This document shows, in pieces, positions 51,300 through 64,000 of a stretch of 64,000 nt of DNA (positions within the stretch are counted from its first letter, which is position 1; each line of letters begins with the position of its first letter). The stretch lies in assembly GCF_001194135.2 (NCBI RefSeq), contig NC_068981.1, positions 159,873,880 to 159,937,879 on the forward strand. The letters are read 5' to 3'. This DNA comes from Octopus bimaculoides. Lineage: Eukaryota. The notes beneath the pieces were generated by a model. That model had not been told where the DNA came from and ran no database searches. It saw only the letters and a list, made by a program, of their open reading frames with translations. The position numbers and the translations under genes are program-made.

Positions 51300-53250
51300 T
51301 TTGCTAAATTGGATTTTAAGCTGGCACATCATCTGCTAGAATTATTTTTTAGAAGCAAGAGATGTTACAGTAAATACAACATGAATTGGTGCAGAGAGAT
51401 GAGTCTCTGGTATGGAATGAAAAACAATTGAACGCATTGGAAATGTTAGTGATATTATTATTCCTAATAAAGATGATGTATGTGTTAGTGCTAAAATTGT
51501 TGAAAGTCTAACTATCAAATCAGCAAAGATCTTTTAAAAGATTAGAAATATTAAGCACAATGATCAATTGAGTTAAATCTGTTAGAGACTGATGAATTGT
51601 CTTCTTTGGGATATTGACTGATAATGGAGGACATAACACCAATATGGCATTTTGCAGCAAGAATTATTGATGTAAAACCACAAAAGGATATAAATCAATT
51701 ACAAATTTGATTTATCAATATCCGTGGGAGATACATTGATCATTAACATGGTTGAGTTCAATATCAAAACAAATTTGAGCCCATAAAAACTGATGTTAGT
51801 ATCAAAGCCAGTGATCCAGATTTATAATGTCATAGAAGTTACAAGTAAAAGGGTTATATCAGGATTCTTTCACTAAAGACAATCCTATACTATACTTGTC
51901 AAGAACATAATCACAACTGAAACAAGACTCTCAAATTCTAAAAGAGAAACCATCACAATTGTATGATGAACTCAAAAAGCTCAGCATTTTATGTCTTTAT
52001 ATGGCTGAAAACTTGAAATGGTCTCATCTCATAGGCCACAAGAATTAATTTCTTTGGGAAAGTTATGTTTTACTGAAAGTAATGGGTACATGTATTTTAA
52101 AATAGGCCTTATAAACGACAGCATTTGATAATGAAATATATGTTTCTGTAAATGGATTTCAAAATTGTTTCAGTAATGTTAGTTTGGATGAATGTGATCG
52201 TGATAATGATGGTATCTTTCCATGTATCTTCTAGAGATAAATGTTACAAAATGTGAAAACATAAAGTTGAAGACTTCTAATGGTAACAATTTTATATGTT
52301 ATGTTAAAAAGATTGCTTAGTAATAACTGGAAAACTCATTCCATTATTGAGAAGCCATTGAAGTCACTGAAAAGAATATTAACAGTTGAATATAGTGCTT
52401 TATTTAATGGAAAGTTAATTGTTCCAACTTGTCTGAGATCATTAATGATAAAATCCGTGTAGGATGATGATATATATTATGATTCAACAGCAACAAGAAA
52501 TCAGTTGAGATTAGATGCACAATGGCTGGTTGATGTGTATATGTGGAACAGTGTTTAAGATATCAAACATGTGCTAGAATAAAACTGGAATTATCTCTTA
52601 CAGTACACATATGGTCTAAAAAAATTGAATCATGTATAATGTGTGCATATGGATCTCATTTATTTTAAGAATTTAGAACTATTCTTGTTACTTCATGAGG
52701 TATACTATGGGGAAGCAGAGATAATGAGATTTAGGAATTAAAACATAGAAGCAGTATGATGGGTAAGAACTGGGATTTCCAGAAACAATATTCCAGAAAC
52801 ATTAGGATTTGACAATGCCAGTTAATTTTGTGATAATGACTTGTACACATGTATTGATAAGATTAGGTATTAATTGAAGAAAATGTCTTCATGCTATCCA
52901 GAATCAAATGGAAATACTGAAAGAATGGTTACAAGTGTTAAAATGGATTTAAAAGTTTATATTCAACAATAAAGATTTTATCAAGGCTTTTGAGTTATCT
53001 ATCAGACAATCTCTCATTCAGCAAAACTTCTAAGTCCATCTGCTTTGACAAATATGATCACAAGTAACAAAATCTTATGAACTGCAGTGTTATTATGGAA
53101 CTGATATGAGAGGAATAATGAACTACACCAGACTAGTTGGAAACAACACAGCTGCAATTCATAAGGGTAAATGGAGCATGCTAGCTTATGCAGAGCAAAT
53201 AAATAGTGAACAAATACTGATAGTGAACAACATGCAGATTCAGTCCCTTA
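51300..53250 (+). mobile_element. Heavily decayed Gypsy/Ty3 pol relic
   Basis: RNase H-like DNPILYLSRT..TETRLSNSKRETITIV..LYG near 51880-52030; integrase-like SCYPESNGNTERMVTSVKMDLK near 52885-52950; many stops. Confidence 0.55.
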
Positions 53251-53594
53251 AGCATTTAATGATGTTCCAGACTTTATTAATAAAAATTGTGATTGACAAA
53301 TGATATAGGAACAAACATTACGAATAGTGTTAGATACATTTCTTGAATAATGAAAGGAATTAAATCAATTCATTTTCAAGAGATGTGGTATCATTGTTAT
53401 GCTAATATTGTTCTAGCATTGCATGTATTTTTATAGTGATTAATGAGCTACATTTAAGGTGACCACCAGTTCAATATCCGACTTTGGCTATTTAGCTGAA
53501 TGTAGCTTCTGAATGTAGAAGACTGAGAACAAATATGGCTTTGATAAATTTGGTACAACATGATACTTTTATTTTTCTAGATGAACACACACAT

Positions 53595-53636
<42 letters not shown>

Positions 53637-54289
53637 TAAATTTATTTGGTTGAAACCATTTGCACTGCTATGTGTTTTCTCATGCTATACGTTTCATTCT
53701 GATTGTAAAATATGCTGAAAATAATGACATTCTGTTGAAATTCAAGATGATGTCGGAACATGATCGTCTCATTGGTTGATCCAGGTTATGTAGGGACTGC
53801 ACATACATTGAGGTATGAGTCAGCATAAAATTGTATAGAACATGAAGTTTAGGAGGGAGGTAATACAGAATTAGAAATAAAACAGCTTGTCGGAAGTAAT
53901 TGAAGTTCAAAATAGAAATTATTAACAAAGGAAATGATTAAAAGGTATTAACTTAATTATTGCCAAGTAAAATAAAATTTATTGAAATTAAAGGTTGAAA
54001 TTATTAAAGGGAATAGCAGAAATACTACTTGAAACTTAACACCTAATTTTAATTCTGTAATCTATAAACTTAATTATTCCATTTTGATTAGCTTTATCAT
54101 GAATTGATTTGTTCTGATTGATCTTGTCATATTAAATCAACCCCATTTCATTATTTCCTTTACAATATTTTTATACCTTGGTTTGAATATGAATAAGGAA
54201 AAGCTGTTTGTTAACAATTTACTTTATTAATGCCAATTGCCTAACTTAAGTACTTACTCATGATCCACATCCAATAAATATATATGTAA

Positions 54290-54335
54290 AAGCCTTGTGA
54301 AAGGATTGGGTAAATAGAAACTGAAAGAAGCCCAT

Positions 54336-54376
<41 letters not shown>

Positions 54377-54770
54377 GTGTGTGTGTATATATATATTCTT
54401 TTATTTGCTTCAGTCAGTTGACTGTAGCCATGCTGGAGCACTGCCTGGAAGTATTTTCATTGAACAAATTGATCCCTGGACATATTTTTTAAGCCTAGCA
54501 CTTATTCTATCAGTCTCATTAGCTAAACCACTAAGTTACAGGAACGTAAACGCACCAATACCAGTTGTCAGGCGGTGAGGGGGGGAACAAACACACACAC
54601 ACACATGCACATATATGTTATGGGCTTCATTCAATTTCCAACTACAAAATCCACTCACAAAGCTTTGGTCAGCCTGAGGCTATAGTAGAAGACACTTGCC
54701 CAAGGTGTTACGCAGTGGGACTGAACTCAGAACCATGTGGTTGAGAAGCAAGCTCCTTACCACAGCCACA
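54290..54770 (-). mobile_element. Family-A SINE copies (nested fragments)
   Basis: Reverse-complement matches to the family-A head (54640-54770) and 3' half (54395-54600). Confidence 0.75.
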
Positions 54771-55022
54771 CTTAATCTTTACCTTTCACTTCTTTTAGTT
54801 ATTGGATTACGGCCATTCTGGGGCACTACCTTGAAGGGTTTAGTCGAACAAATCAACCCCAGTTGTCAAGCAGTGAAGGTGAGGACAAATAGATGTACAA
54901 AACATGTACACACAGACACACAGGCACCCCCCCACACACACACACGCATGCACATGCACACACACACATGAACACATACATACATATACATATATATATA
55001 TATATAAATATATTTATATATA

Positions 55023-55080
<58 letters not shown>

Positions 55081-55083
<3 letters not shown>

Positions 55084-55665
55084 AATTTTGTACGACTATT
55101 ATTCTTTCTATTCTTTCATTCTTTCCTTTTTTCTATCAGCCCCTTCATGCTTACTTTGTTCATTCCACTCTTCGTTCTTTCATTCCCCTCCTCTCACATT
55201 TCTTGGCCTTCTCTTCATGCTCACCTTCCCTCCTCTTGAATGCCCATTACTCTGATAATTCTGCATTTTTACAGTTACACTTTTTCCATGATAGTAGATA
55301 CATTTTTTTTCCACAACGTATTTGTAGTCGCTTCATGCAGGCATAGCATGGATTCGATCCTCGCTTGCCAAATTTCACTTAACACTTCAACAGCGCTTTT
55401 CTCACACAACCTCCGAAAACCTCCGACGACCTTTCTTGCCAACCTCCGACAAACCTCTCTCATCAACCTCCAACAATCTTTCTCGTCAACCTCCGAAAAC
55501 CCCTCTTGCCAACAATCCCTCCCTCCNNNNNNNNNNTTGTACTTTTTCGCGACGGAAAATACACCTTTTGTGGCAGTTATACCGAAATAGCTTTCTTATA
55601 TCAGAGTAATGAGGCATTTCAATAGAACATCTTTACCCCCAGGAATTACTGGGTACACCAGCTAG
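55081..55665 (+). mobile_element. Second non-autonomous Helitron family
   Basis: 3' hairpin CCCAG-gaatta-CTGGG, then CTAG|T at 55662-55666; putative A|TC start at 55081 (less certain); internal aacctcc repeats. Confidence 0.6.
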
Positions 55666-56149
55666 TATATATATATATATGTGTGTGTGTGTGTTTGCAT
55701 CTGTGTTTGTCACCCCTATCACCACTCGACAACTGGTGTTGAAGTGTTTGTGTCCTTGTAAATTAGCAGTTTGACCAAAGAGACTGATAGAATAAGTACC
55801 AGGCTTAAAAAAATAAGTACTGGGGTTGATTCATTCATCTAGAAATTCAAGGCAATGCCCCAGAATGGCCACAGGTAAAAGATAAAAGATATATATACAT
55901 ATACATATATACACTTATACACACTGGAACTGCTTATATATGTCCACATATATTCATACAAACACACACACACACACACACGTACACACACATACACACA
56001 TGTACACACACACACACACAAACATACATAATATACATATGTGCATGCATGCATACATACATAATATACATACATACATACTCCTGAAATAAACTTAGAA
56101 AATCCCTCTGTTATGGAATACATTCATAAACATTCATAAAGACCAACTC

Positions 56150-56530
56150 AAGGAATACTGGTGAAATATTCCCATCAAAACCTTTGTCAAATGTAAGTAT
56201 AACAGGCTGGATATTGTTATTTGGGACAGAGGGGCAACAGTATGTACCATCATAGAGGTAAGCTGCGCTGCAGATATAAATATCTCTTTGAAAATCAAAG
56301 AAATAGAGGACAACTGCTTCAAATCCTCCAGCTTCTATATCCAGACTATGAATTCATATTCATTCCAATGACAATTGGAGCACTAGGTTTGTGTTAGTGA
56401 ATGCTTAAAGAAGAGTCTGAATAAACTGGGATTTTCAGAAAGAGAAAGTGAGTGGCTGATTCATACATTCCATTCTGTGAGTGGAACAGTAAAAATATGC
56501 AAGACTTTCTCTCAAGTTCCAAATGTGAAT
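56150..56530 (+). mobile_element. REL-type non-LTR retrotransposon 3' relic (second 3' fragment at about 56790-56880)
   Basis: DIVIWDRGATVCTIIEVSCAADINISLKIKE..YPDYEFIFIPMTIGALG..LGFSE..GTVKICKTF. Confidence 0.7.
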
Positions 56531-57313
56531 TTGTCTGTGGTTAACTACATCCCAAAGATGGAGCCTTGTATCTTTGTTGGAAATCAGCTCCCTCCTCAGT
56601 GGAAGATTTATAATAATTAAAAAGTAGAAGAGACTTACATACATGTGGTTTATGGAGAATTAATGCGGAATTTACAACTCTTGTACCCTGACTATGAATT
56701 CTCATTTATACCTATCATCATAGGTGCATTAAGTTATGTTCCAACAAATTTGCACAAAACCTTACGAATACTCAGTTTCACAGAGAAAGAGTAAAAGAAA
56801 CTGAAGCGGATTCTCCAAATCCAAGCTATTAGTGATACAGTGAAGATTTGTAAGATGTTCCAAAAATTATCCATATCAGATTCTTATGTAAACAGATGCA
56901 CACATTTGGGTGTGTGCATCAACAGTGTTCAACCAACACACCAACTCAACTACATGTTTACAAACACTAGGAACTCTCTTAACCCAAAATCTCTTGGCGC
57001 TTTGTTAGCAAGTCTCTTGAACTCTCACAAAAAGAACTTAAATAAAACTTAAAGAAAAATCATACATACATACATACATACATACATACATACATACATG
57101 CATACAGACATACATACGCACACACACACACACACGTACATGCATACACATGCACATACACACACATACACACATGTAGAGGCACGTGGCTTTGTGGTTA
57201 GGGTGTTNNNNNNNNNNACATACATACATACATGCATACAGACATACATACGCACACACACACACACGCACATGCATACACATGCACACACACACACATA
57301 CACACATGTAGAG

Positions 57314-57545
57314 GCACGTGGCTTTGTGGTTAGGGTGTTGGACTCATGATCATAAGATTGTGGTCTTGATTCCTGGACCAGGTGATATGCTTTGTTCTTG
57401 GGCAAAACACTTCATTTCAAGTTGCTCCAGTTCTTTCAGCTGGCAAAAATGAGTAATCCTGTGATGGACCAGCATCCCATCTAGGTGTGGAATATATAAA
57501 CCATGAAACCAGGAAACTGGCCCTTATGAATTGGTATGACTCAAG
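57314..57545 (+). mobile_element. Family-C SINE copy
   Basis: Similar head and central block to 24945-25270. Confidence 0.6.
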
Positions 57546-57561
57546 AAGGTAACTTTACTTT

Positions 57562-57593
<32 letters not shown>

Positions 57594-58302
57594 CATACAT
57601 ACATACATACATACATACATGCATACATACATACATACATGCATGCATGCATGCATACTCCTGATGTGGTTATAAAGAATTACAGATGTTATTGTTATGG
57701 TTGCTGCTCTTTCTGTTACTTTTGTAAATATCCATGTGGATTAGGGATTATCTGCAAATATCTCACCTGAAACAGCTGCATTTTTTTCTATTAAAAATAA
57801 AAGATAAAAAATAATAGAGAAAAAAATTAAAAAAACATACGTACATAATATCTATGTGGGCAGTGCTGGATTAAAACCATTTCATGAAATAAGCCTATGC
57901 TTAGAGCATTGGCAAAAGTGGGGCTCCACAGAAATGGTAAAGGGTTTATGGCACAAAAGAAATCACTTTAAAGTTGCTAAAATAATATTCAAAGTGTTTT
58001 ATATGATTGCAAATATAATTTTGAAGTGTTCATGGTGTCGTAGTGAGAATCTGATCAAAGGCCAGAACATAAGCTCGCTTACGTTTTGCTGAATTTTCTT
58101 CAGAACAATCTTTTCTTAGTGGTCAGACCACATGGGGTCTACATCTAGCATAATGGATGTTCACTTAGTGGTCATCCCTCTTATATATATGTAATATAAT
58201 TTTTCTGAATCTTTAGATTTTTCAATATGCTAGGCCACTGGTTTTAAATTGATATTAATCAAATTAATATTCAATTTTTCAGCCTTATTATTTAAATATA
58301 TG

Positions 58303-58845
58303 TGTAGCCAGCCCACTCATGCGTACCTTTCCTACATTGGACACTAAACTCCGCTTGCGAAGACTTGTTGAGGCAAGTGAAATCGAACTAAATTCGACGA
58401 CTGGCACCCGTGCCAACGTCGTCTCCTTCATTNNNNNNNNNNNNNNNNNNNNNNNNNNNNNNNNNNNNNNNNNNNNNNNNNNNNNNNNNNNNNNNNNNNN
58501 NNNNNNNNNNNNNNNNNNNNNNNNNNNNNNNNNNNNNNNNNNNNNNNNNNNNNNNNNNNNNNNNNNNNNNNNNNNNNNNNNNNNNNNNNNNNNNNNNNNN
58601 NNNNNNNNNNNNNNNNNNNNNNNNNNNNNNNNNNNNNNNNNNNNNNNNNNNNNNNNNNNNNNNNNNNNNNNNNNNNNNNNNNNNNNNNNNNNNNNNNNNN
58701 NNNNNNNNNNNNNNNNNNNNNNNNNNNNNNNNNNNNNNNNNNNNAGGCTGGTGTTGCCATCCGGTTTCACCAGTCCTCAGTCAAATCGTCCAACCCATGC
58801 TAGCATGGAAAGCGGACGTTAAACGCTGATGATGATGATGATGAT
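58303..58845 (+). mobile_element. RTE 3' UTR copy (spans a gap)
   Basis: Matches 46735-46870 and 47185-47285. Confidence 0.85.
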
Positions 58846-59148
58846 GGGGGCACCAAAATCTTTTAAGTGTTTAGGGCTTCTATGAGTCTTATTCCAGCCC
58901 TGCATGGGCCATAGGCAAATGTAATAGAAATGAAAAAAATGGACCATTACAAAAAGAAGTTTGTAATTCCTGATCTAATGTAAAGAATCAGATTTGAGTT
59001 ATTCTTTTTTTTTTCTGCTGTATTTCCGTTACTGTCAGATCTGACAGTAACATATTCTGATACTGACATTAGTCATGAATTGCATAATTAGTTTTAAATG
59101 ATACATCAGACTCGTATTTAACTGTATCCAACCTCAAATAGTCTGAAC

Positions 59149-59411
59149 CAGTGGTTCTCAACCATTTATTGCCTATGGACTCTTTTGATTCCTATCTTAC
59201 TCTTTGATTTCTATCTTATTCTTATAGCCATTCGATGTTTAAAAAAAACCCTGTTATATTTTTTATGATTAAATATTATTAGGAATTATATAAAAAAATA
59301 ATTAAAATATTTTGTGTATCGTAGAAGTATGACCAATTTATTGCACATTATTTTGGGCAAAACCCTATATGGGCCCTTAAAAGTCATATGAATCCCAGTT
59401 GAGAACCACTG
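59149..59411. mobile_element. hAT (Charlie-like) MITE
   Basis: TIRs CAGTGGTTCTCAAC and GTTGAGAACCACTG; flanks GTCTGAAC and GTCTAAAT (6/8 TSD, NTCTAGAN-like). Confidence 0.8.
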
Positions 59412-59490
59412 GTCTAAATAAAAATTCTTTGTCCATTTCCTAGCATATTGAAAAATCTAAAGAGTCAGAAAAATTATGTTACATATATAT

Positions 59491-59683
59491 AAGAGGGATG
59501 ACCACTAAGTGAACATCCATTATGCAAGATGTAGACCCCATGTGGTCTGACCACTAAGAAAAGATTGTTCTCAAGAAAATTCAGCAAATGCCAGAATGTA
59601 AGCGAGCTTACATTCTGGTGTTTGCTGAATTTTCTTGAGAACAATCTTGCATAATGGATGTTCACTTAGTGGTCATCCCTCTT
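59491..59683. mobile_element. Palindromic MITE (77-bp arms, 4-nt loop, 35-nt bulge) flanked by (TA)n
   Basis: 75 of 77 arm positions are Watson-Crick complementary; ends AAGAGGGATGACCACTAAGT, mariner-like by inference. Confidence 0.8.
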
Positions 59684-59694
59684 ATATGTATATA

Positions 59695-59751
<57 letters not shown>

Positions 59752-60270
59752 TGTCTTGGCATAAAAGATGGGCTACAGCAAATATTCTATTGAAATTACT
59801 ATTGAAACTATAAGTGAGCATCCTCTACATGGTCACTGGATCTGCTTGAAACAGCAGCTGAATCTCTCTCAAATTACACTCTACTGCCATAAAAAAAAAA
59901 GATGGTAAAGGATACGTTGGACACATACATAGGTTAAAAAAGAAAAGTAGAATGATCATGCCTGGGTTACCTTTAATCATAAGATGCCTCAGTCAGGTAT
60001 GACCTGGGGCAAAACAACCACAACAGCACCAACAATAGTTATAACTGACTAACACACTCTGTCGTGGGACCTTGTATGTTGTCTCTCAAACTGCTAGAAA
60101 GAGCAGCCAAAATCACATTCAAGCCAAACCCTACTGCCTTAACTTAAGGAAAGAGTTGACTGAATTGGATTGGATAACAACAGTTGTAACCTTACCCCTA
60201 AAACAATGGGGCAGCTCTAACTGGAATGCATTTGATCACAGGACTGCTTGAACAAATTTGACCTGGGATT

Positions 60271-60458
60271 AACGTGCGGGTGACACGTAAAAACACCCAC
60301 TACACTCTCTGAGTGGTTGGCGTTAGGAAGGGCATCCAGCTGTAGAAACTCTGCCAAATTAGATTGGAGCCTGGTGTTGCCAACCGGTTTCACCAGTCCT
60401 CAGTCAAATCGTCCAACCCATGGAAGGCGGACGTTAAACGATGATGATGATGATGATG
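60271..60458 (+). mobile_element. Short RTE tail copy
   Basis: Matches 36058-36245. Confidence 0.85.
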
Positions 60459-61844
60459 AACAAGGGGAACACATGCTGTTCCCCTTTTACTTTTGCTGTT
60501 ATTGTTGCAGTTACTACCCCTGCTGCTTTTTATAGCTATTGATGTAGCAATTGTTATTGCTGCTCTTGCAGATCTTACTGTTTGGTGCAGATGTTGCTGC
60601 TGCAAATGTTGTTTTGTTGCACATTCAATATTGCAGATTTTTATTGTTGTAATTGCTTTGCTTCTGGGTTTCANNNNNNNNNNNNNNNNNNNNNNNNNNN
60701 NNNNNNNNNNNNNNNNNNNNNNNNNNNNNNNNNNNNNNNNGTGGTGGTGGTGGTGGTGAGGAGGAGGAGGAGGAGGAGGAGGAGAAGGAGGACGATGATG
60801 ATGATGACAAAGACAACATTGACAATGACAATAACAGCGACACCAATAATGACAGTGACCTTGATGATGATGATGATGATTATGATGATGACAGAGCATT
60901 GCAGTGATTGCAAATTATGTAGACTGTGAAGCAACAATTAACCGCATTATCTCAGGTTGCCCAGCCTATTAAAAAAATAAATAACAAAACTGAACATATC
61001 AACATGCACAGTAGAGCTAGCAGTGGGTGTGCAAACATGTAGCTATGTAGGCTGAACTAAAGCAAAGTAGATTGTACAAACAAACAAATGAAGACAGTGA
61101 AAAACGACAAAGTCCCCATCATATGAAAGCGTGTTTGTGCATACTGACAGAATGATGAAAAGTAATTGATCAAACATCACTGTAAAAGATTGCAGAATCA
61201 AGAAAATACCTGTTTAAATAGCACATTATAAGGCTTGCATCACTCTCTATGATAAACATGACAATAGTATATTAATTATTGACATACCAATGCCAAATGG
61301 CTATAATTTTTTTTACAGACATGAGCTGAAATGTTAAAAAGTAACACCAACCTAACAATTGAGCTAAAAGCATTTTGTCAGTTAAGGAATGTGTTTGTCA
61401 TCCCATTTGTAATTGGCACAACTGATGTGTACACAACAATTTTTGTAAGAATATTACTGATGAAGTAAACATTGAAGAGGCTTTGCTCCATACAGAAACT
61501 GCAGAAGCTACTCAGAGATATTGCAAGCTCTTCCCCTGAATCCATTGTAATGTCAGAAATCCTTCCATATCATCAGCAGGTATCTCAGGGTCACAAGCAT
61601 TTTGCCTCTTAGCCTGTATGCTCTACCTGAGTGAAATAGAAGGGACTAAATTAGTCTTTACCTGCAGCAAAGCTCCACCTGCAGTCTTTTGTCAAACACA
61701 GTCACCTATAAATTATTTACTCATAAGGATAGGCTCAGGCACATTCTGGAAAATAATAATCCAAGAATCTGTAAACATCATCAACACATTCTCATACAAC
61801 ATTTGTTAAATTTAAACATTCCTGTTAACCCTGAACATTAGGCA

Positions 61845-62292
61845 TGGCTGTGTGCTAAGAAGTTTCCTTCCTAAATACAGTGTTCTGGGTTCATTCCCTC
61901 CATGTGGCAACTTGGTCATGTGTCCTCTACAGTAGCCTCAGGCTGACCAAAACCTTGTGAGTAGATTTGGTAAACACAAACTGAAAGAAGCCCACTGTGT
62001 GTGTGTGTGTGTGTGCGTGTGTGTGCGTGCGTGCATGCATGTGTGTGTGCATGCACATGCATACATGCATGTGTGTGTATATTTCCCCTACCATCACTGT
62101 TTGACAACTGGTGTTGGTGTGTTTACATCCCCATAACTTAGCAGTTCAACAAAAGTGATCAATAGAAAAAGTAACAGGTTTTTACAAAAAAAAAGGACTA
62201 GGGTATATTCATTTGACTAAAAACCCTTCAAGTCAGGGCCCCAGCATGGCTGCAGTCAAATGACTGAAACAAATAAATGATAAAAATAAAAG
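61845..62292 (+). mobile_element. Family-A SINE, near full length
   Basis: ggcatggctgtgtgctaag head to aaatgactgaaacaaat tail with internal (TG)n. Confidence 0.8.
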
Positions 62293-62399
62293 ATACCTGT
62301 TAACCCTAAATACTTCTCTGAATTTTTTCCATTGAACACTTCTATGCATGTTTTATAAAACAAAGCTAATAAATTTTTGATGACTTCCTCAAGCCATGA

Positions 62400-63085
62400 A
62401 TAATAAAAATAAATGTTTATAACTAAGGCCAGCTATTTTAGAAGGAAAGCATTAGTTGATAACAGTGACCCCATACTTGACTGGTACCAATGTAACTTTA
62501 CTTATTTTATGAACCTTAAAAGGATGAAAGTCAAAGGTGAGTTTGGCAAGATTTGAACTCAAAATGTAAAGAACTGGAAGACATGTTATAAGGTATTCTG
62601 TCCAATGTGCTAACAATTTTGCTAATCCTCTGCTCTATGAATAATTGTTTTAAATTTTGGGACAAGGACAATTTTAGTGGGCGTACATTAGTCAATTACA
62701 TAGACACCAGTACTTGACTGGTACTTAATTTTATTGACCTCAAAAAGGATGAAAGGCCAAGTTGACCATGACAAGATTTGAACTCAGAATGTAAAGAGGT
62801 GAACAAACATCACAAAACAAGAAGTTAACAATTTTGCTACCCCACTTCTTTACAGGCCTATAAATAATGATTTCAAATTTTGGCACAAGGCCAGCACTTC
62901 TGGGGGAGGGATTAAGTCAATTATATCAACCCCAGTGTAAAACTGGTACTTATTTTATTGACACTGGAAGGAAGAAAGGCAAAGTCAACCCCAGTGGCAT
63001 TTGAATTCAGAATGTGAAGATGGATGAAATCCTGCTAACCATTTTGCTTAGCGTACTAATGATTCTGGCAGCTCACCACCTTACT
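62400..63085 (-). mobile_element. Three tandem family-B SINE copies
   Basis: Units at about 62400-62635, 62640-62850 and 62860-63085, same orientation. Confidence 0.75.
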
Positions 63086-63953
63086 GCCCTATCAATAATA
63101 AAACTAGTAATATAGAAGACACTGCATGTCACTAAAACAGCCCCAATGCTGAAACAGTACATAGACCATGGCATGTCAGTATGAGAAACAATCACATCAC
63201 TATAGGGATATAATAAAAGGGATGTTAAAAACTAAATGTATACTATAAGAATCTTTCAAAGAGACTCTTTATTTGCTGTGTTTTTCCACCTAGCTTTGAC
63301 TCCATTCAACAAATTTGCTGAGAGAAAGCACTAATTGTAATAGATGTAATAGATAAATTATAAACTAATAGTTATAAATGTTATGGACAAATTATAAACT
63401 GTCTCTTATGTATGCATCAGAGAATTAAGCTTAATTTATTCTAAAAGTAGGCAAATTAATTATGACTGTGGAAATTAAATTAGATCCAGACATGGAAATT
63501 AGGGAATTGGAACAAAAACTACCCATCTAATTAGATGGAACTAATAACATACAATGGAGGAGAAAATAAGAAAATAATGTTAGAGAAGTGTCAGAGTAAT
63601 ATTGAAAACACAGCTCAGGGATAGCTTATAGATATATTACATTGATAATATGAATCATAAATAATAGATTTAATATAATATTGGAAGTGATGTCAGATAG
63701 GAAAACTAGAAAACACTCTAAAGACATTCCAAAAGCACCATACAAGAACTGAAATAGAGACGGTTGATGGGGCTTAATACAAATAAGGAGCTTCCAGCTA
63801 TTTTTCTACAAACACTATATATTTTCACATTGTAACAGTATAGCATGCCTAGAAAACAATATAGTGACAGATGGAGACAGATGGAGACAGAGTCACACAA
63901 ACACACATGTAGTACATACATATATGTGTGTGTGATATATGTATGTATATGTG

Positions 63954-64000
<47 letters not shown>

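Noticed and set aside
57060-57340. Direct duplication across a 10-N gap
   Set aside because: Likely the same scaffolding artefact.
61400-61810. Possible BEL/Pao RNase H relic (ACMLYL..KLVFTCSKAPPA)
   Set aside because: Similarity too weak to call without a profile search.
1-64000. CRISPR arrays, operons, rRNA or prokaryotic defence systems
   Set aside because: No regularly spaced repeat-spacer units, no dense ORFs and no rRNA-like sequence; the window is eukaryotic intronic/intergenic DNA.

Overview
AT-rich, microsatellite-laden eukaryotic genomic DNA with several N gaps. The repeat families suggest an octopus (cephalopod) genome; this is inferred, not database-confirmed. There are no prokaryotic features and no CRISPR. 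One protein-coding gene can be assembled by hand: a minus-strand SLC38A11-like amino acid transporter with 10 consecutive GT-AG exons between 39056 and 2032. All splice phases are compatible and give 320 aa from the ATG at 39042: MSDASSISGMSESSQLVAEPAKDDGKLRNNIPMTSFNLINSIIGSGVIGVPYALKRAG...LPLSLYRNIARLSK...AYVCHHNTF...GDLLENYC...FPVECFVCRE. The C-terminal exons lie left of the window, and no upstream 5' exon was identified. The rest is transposon-derived: three ITm transposase families (DD34E, DD37D, DD41D), pogo/hAT/mariner MITEs, two non-autonomous Helitrons, RTE, R4/Dong-like, Tx1-like and Penelope-like retroelement relics, a decayed Gypsy pol, and at least three tRNA-derived SINE families. 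The most interesting observations are (i) hammerhead-ribozyme motifs, including a tRNA-headed element whose hammerhead halves sit on opposite strands, (ii) a 53-bp tandem duplication of a splice acceptor that would create an overlapping uORF in SLC38A11, and (iii) several long inverted repeats, some inside SLC38A11 introns, that could form dsRNA. Most entries in the supplied ORF track are microsatellite or gap artefacts.
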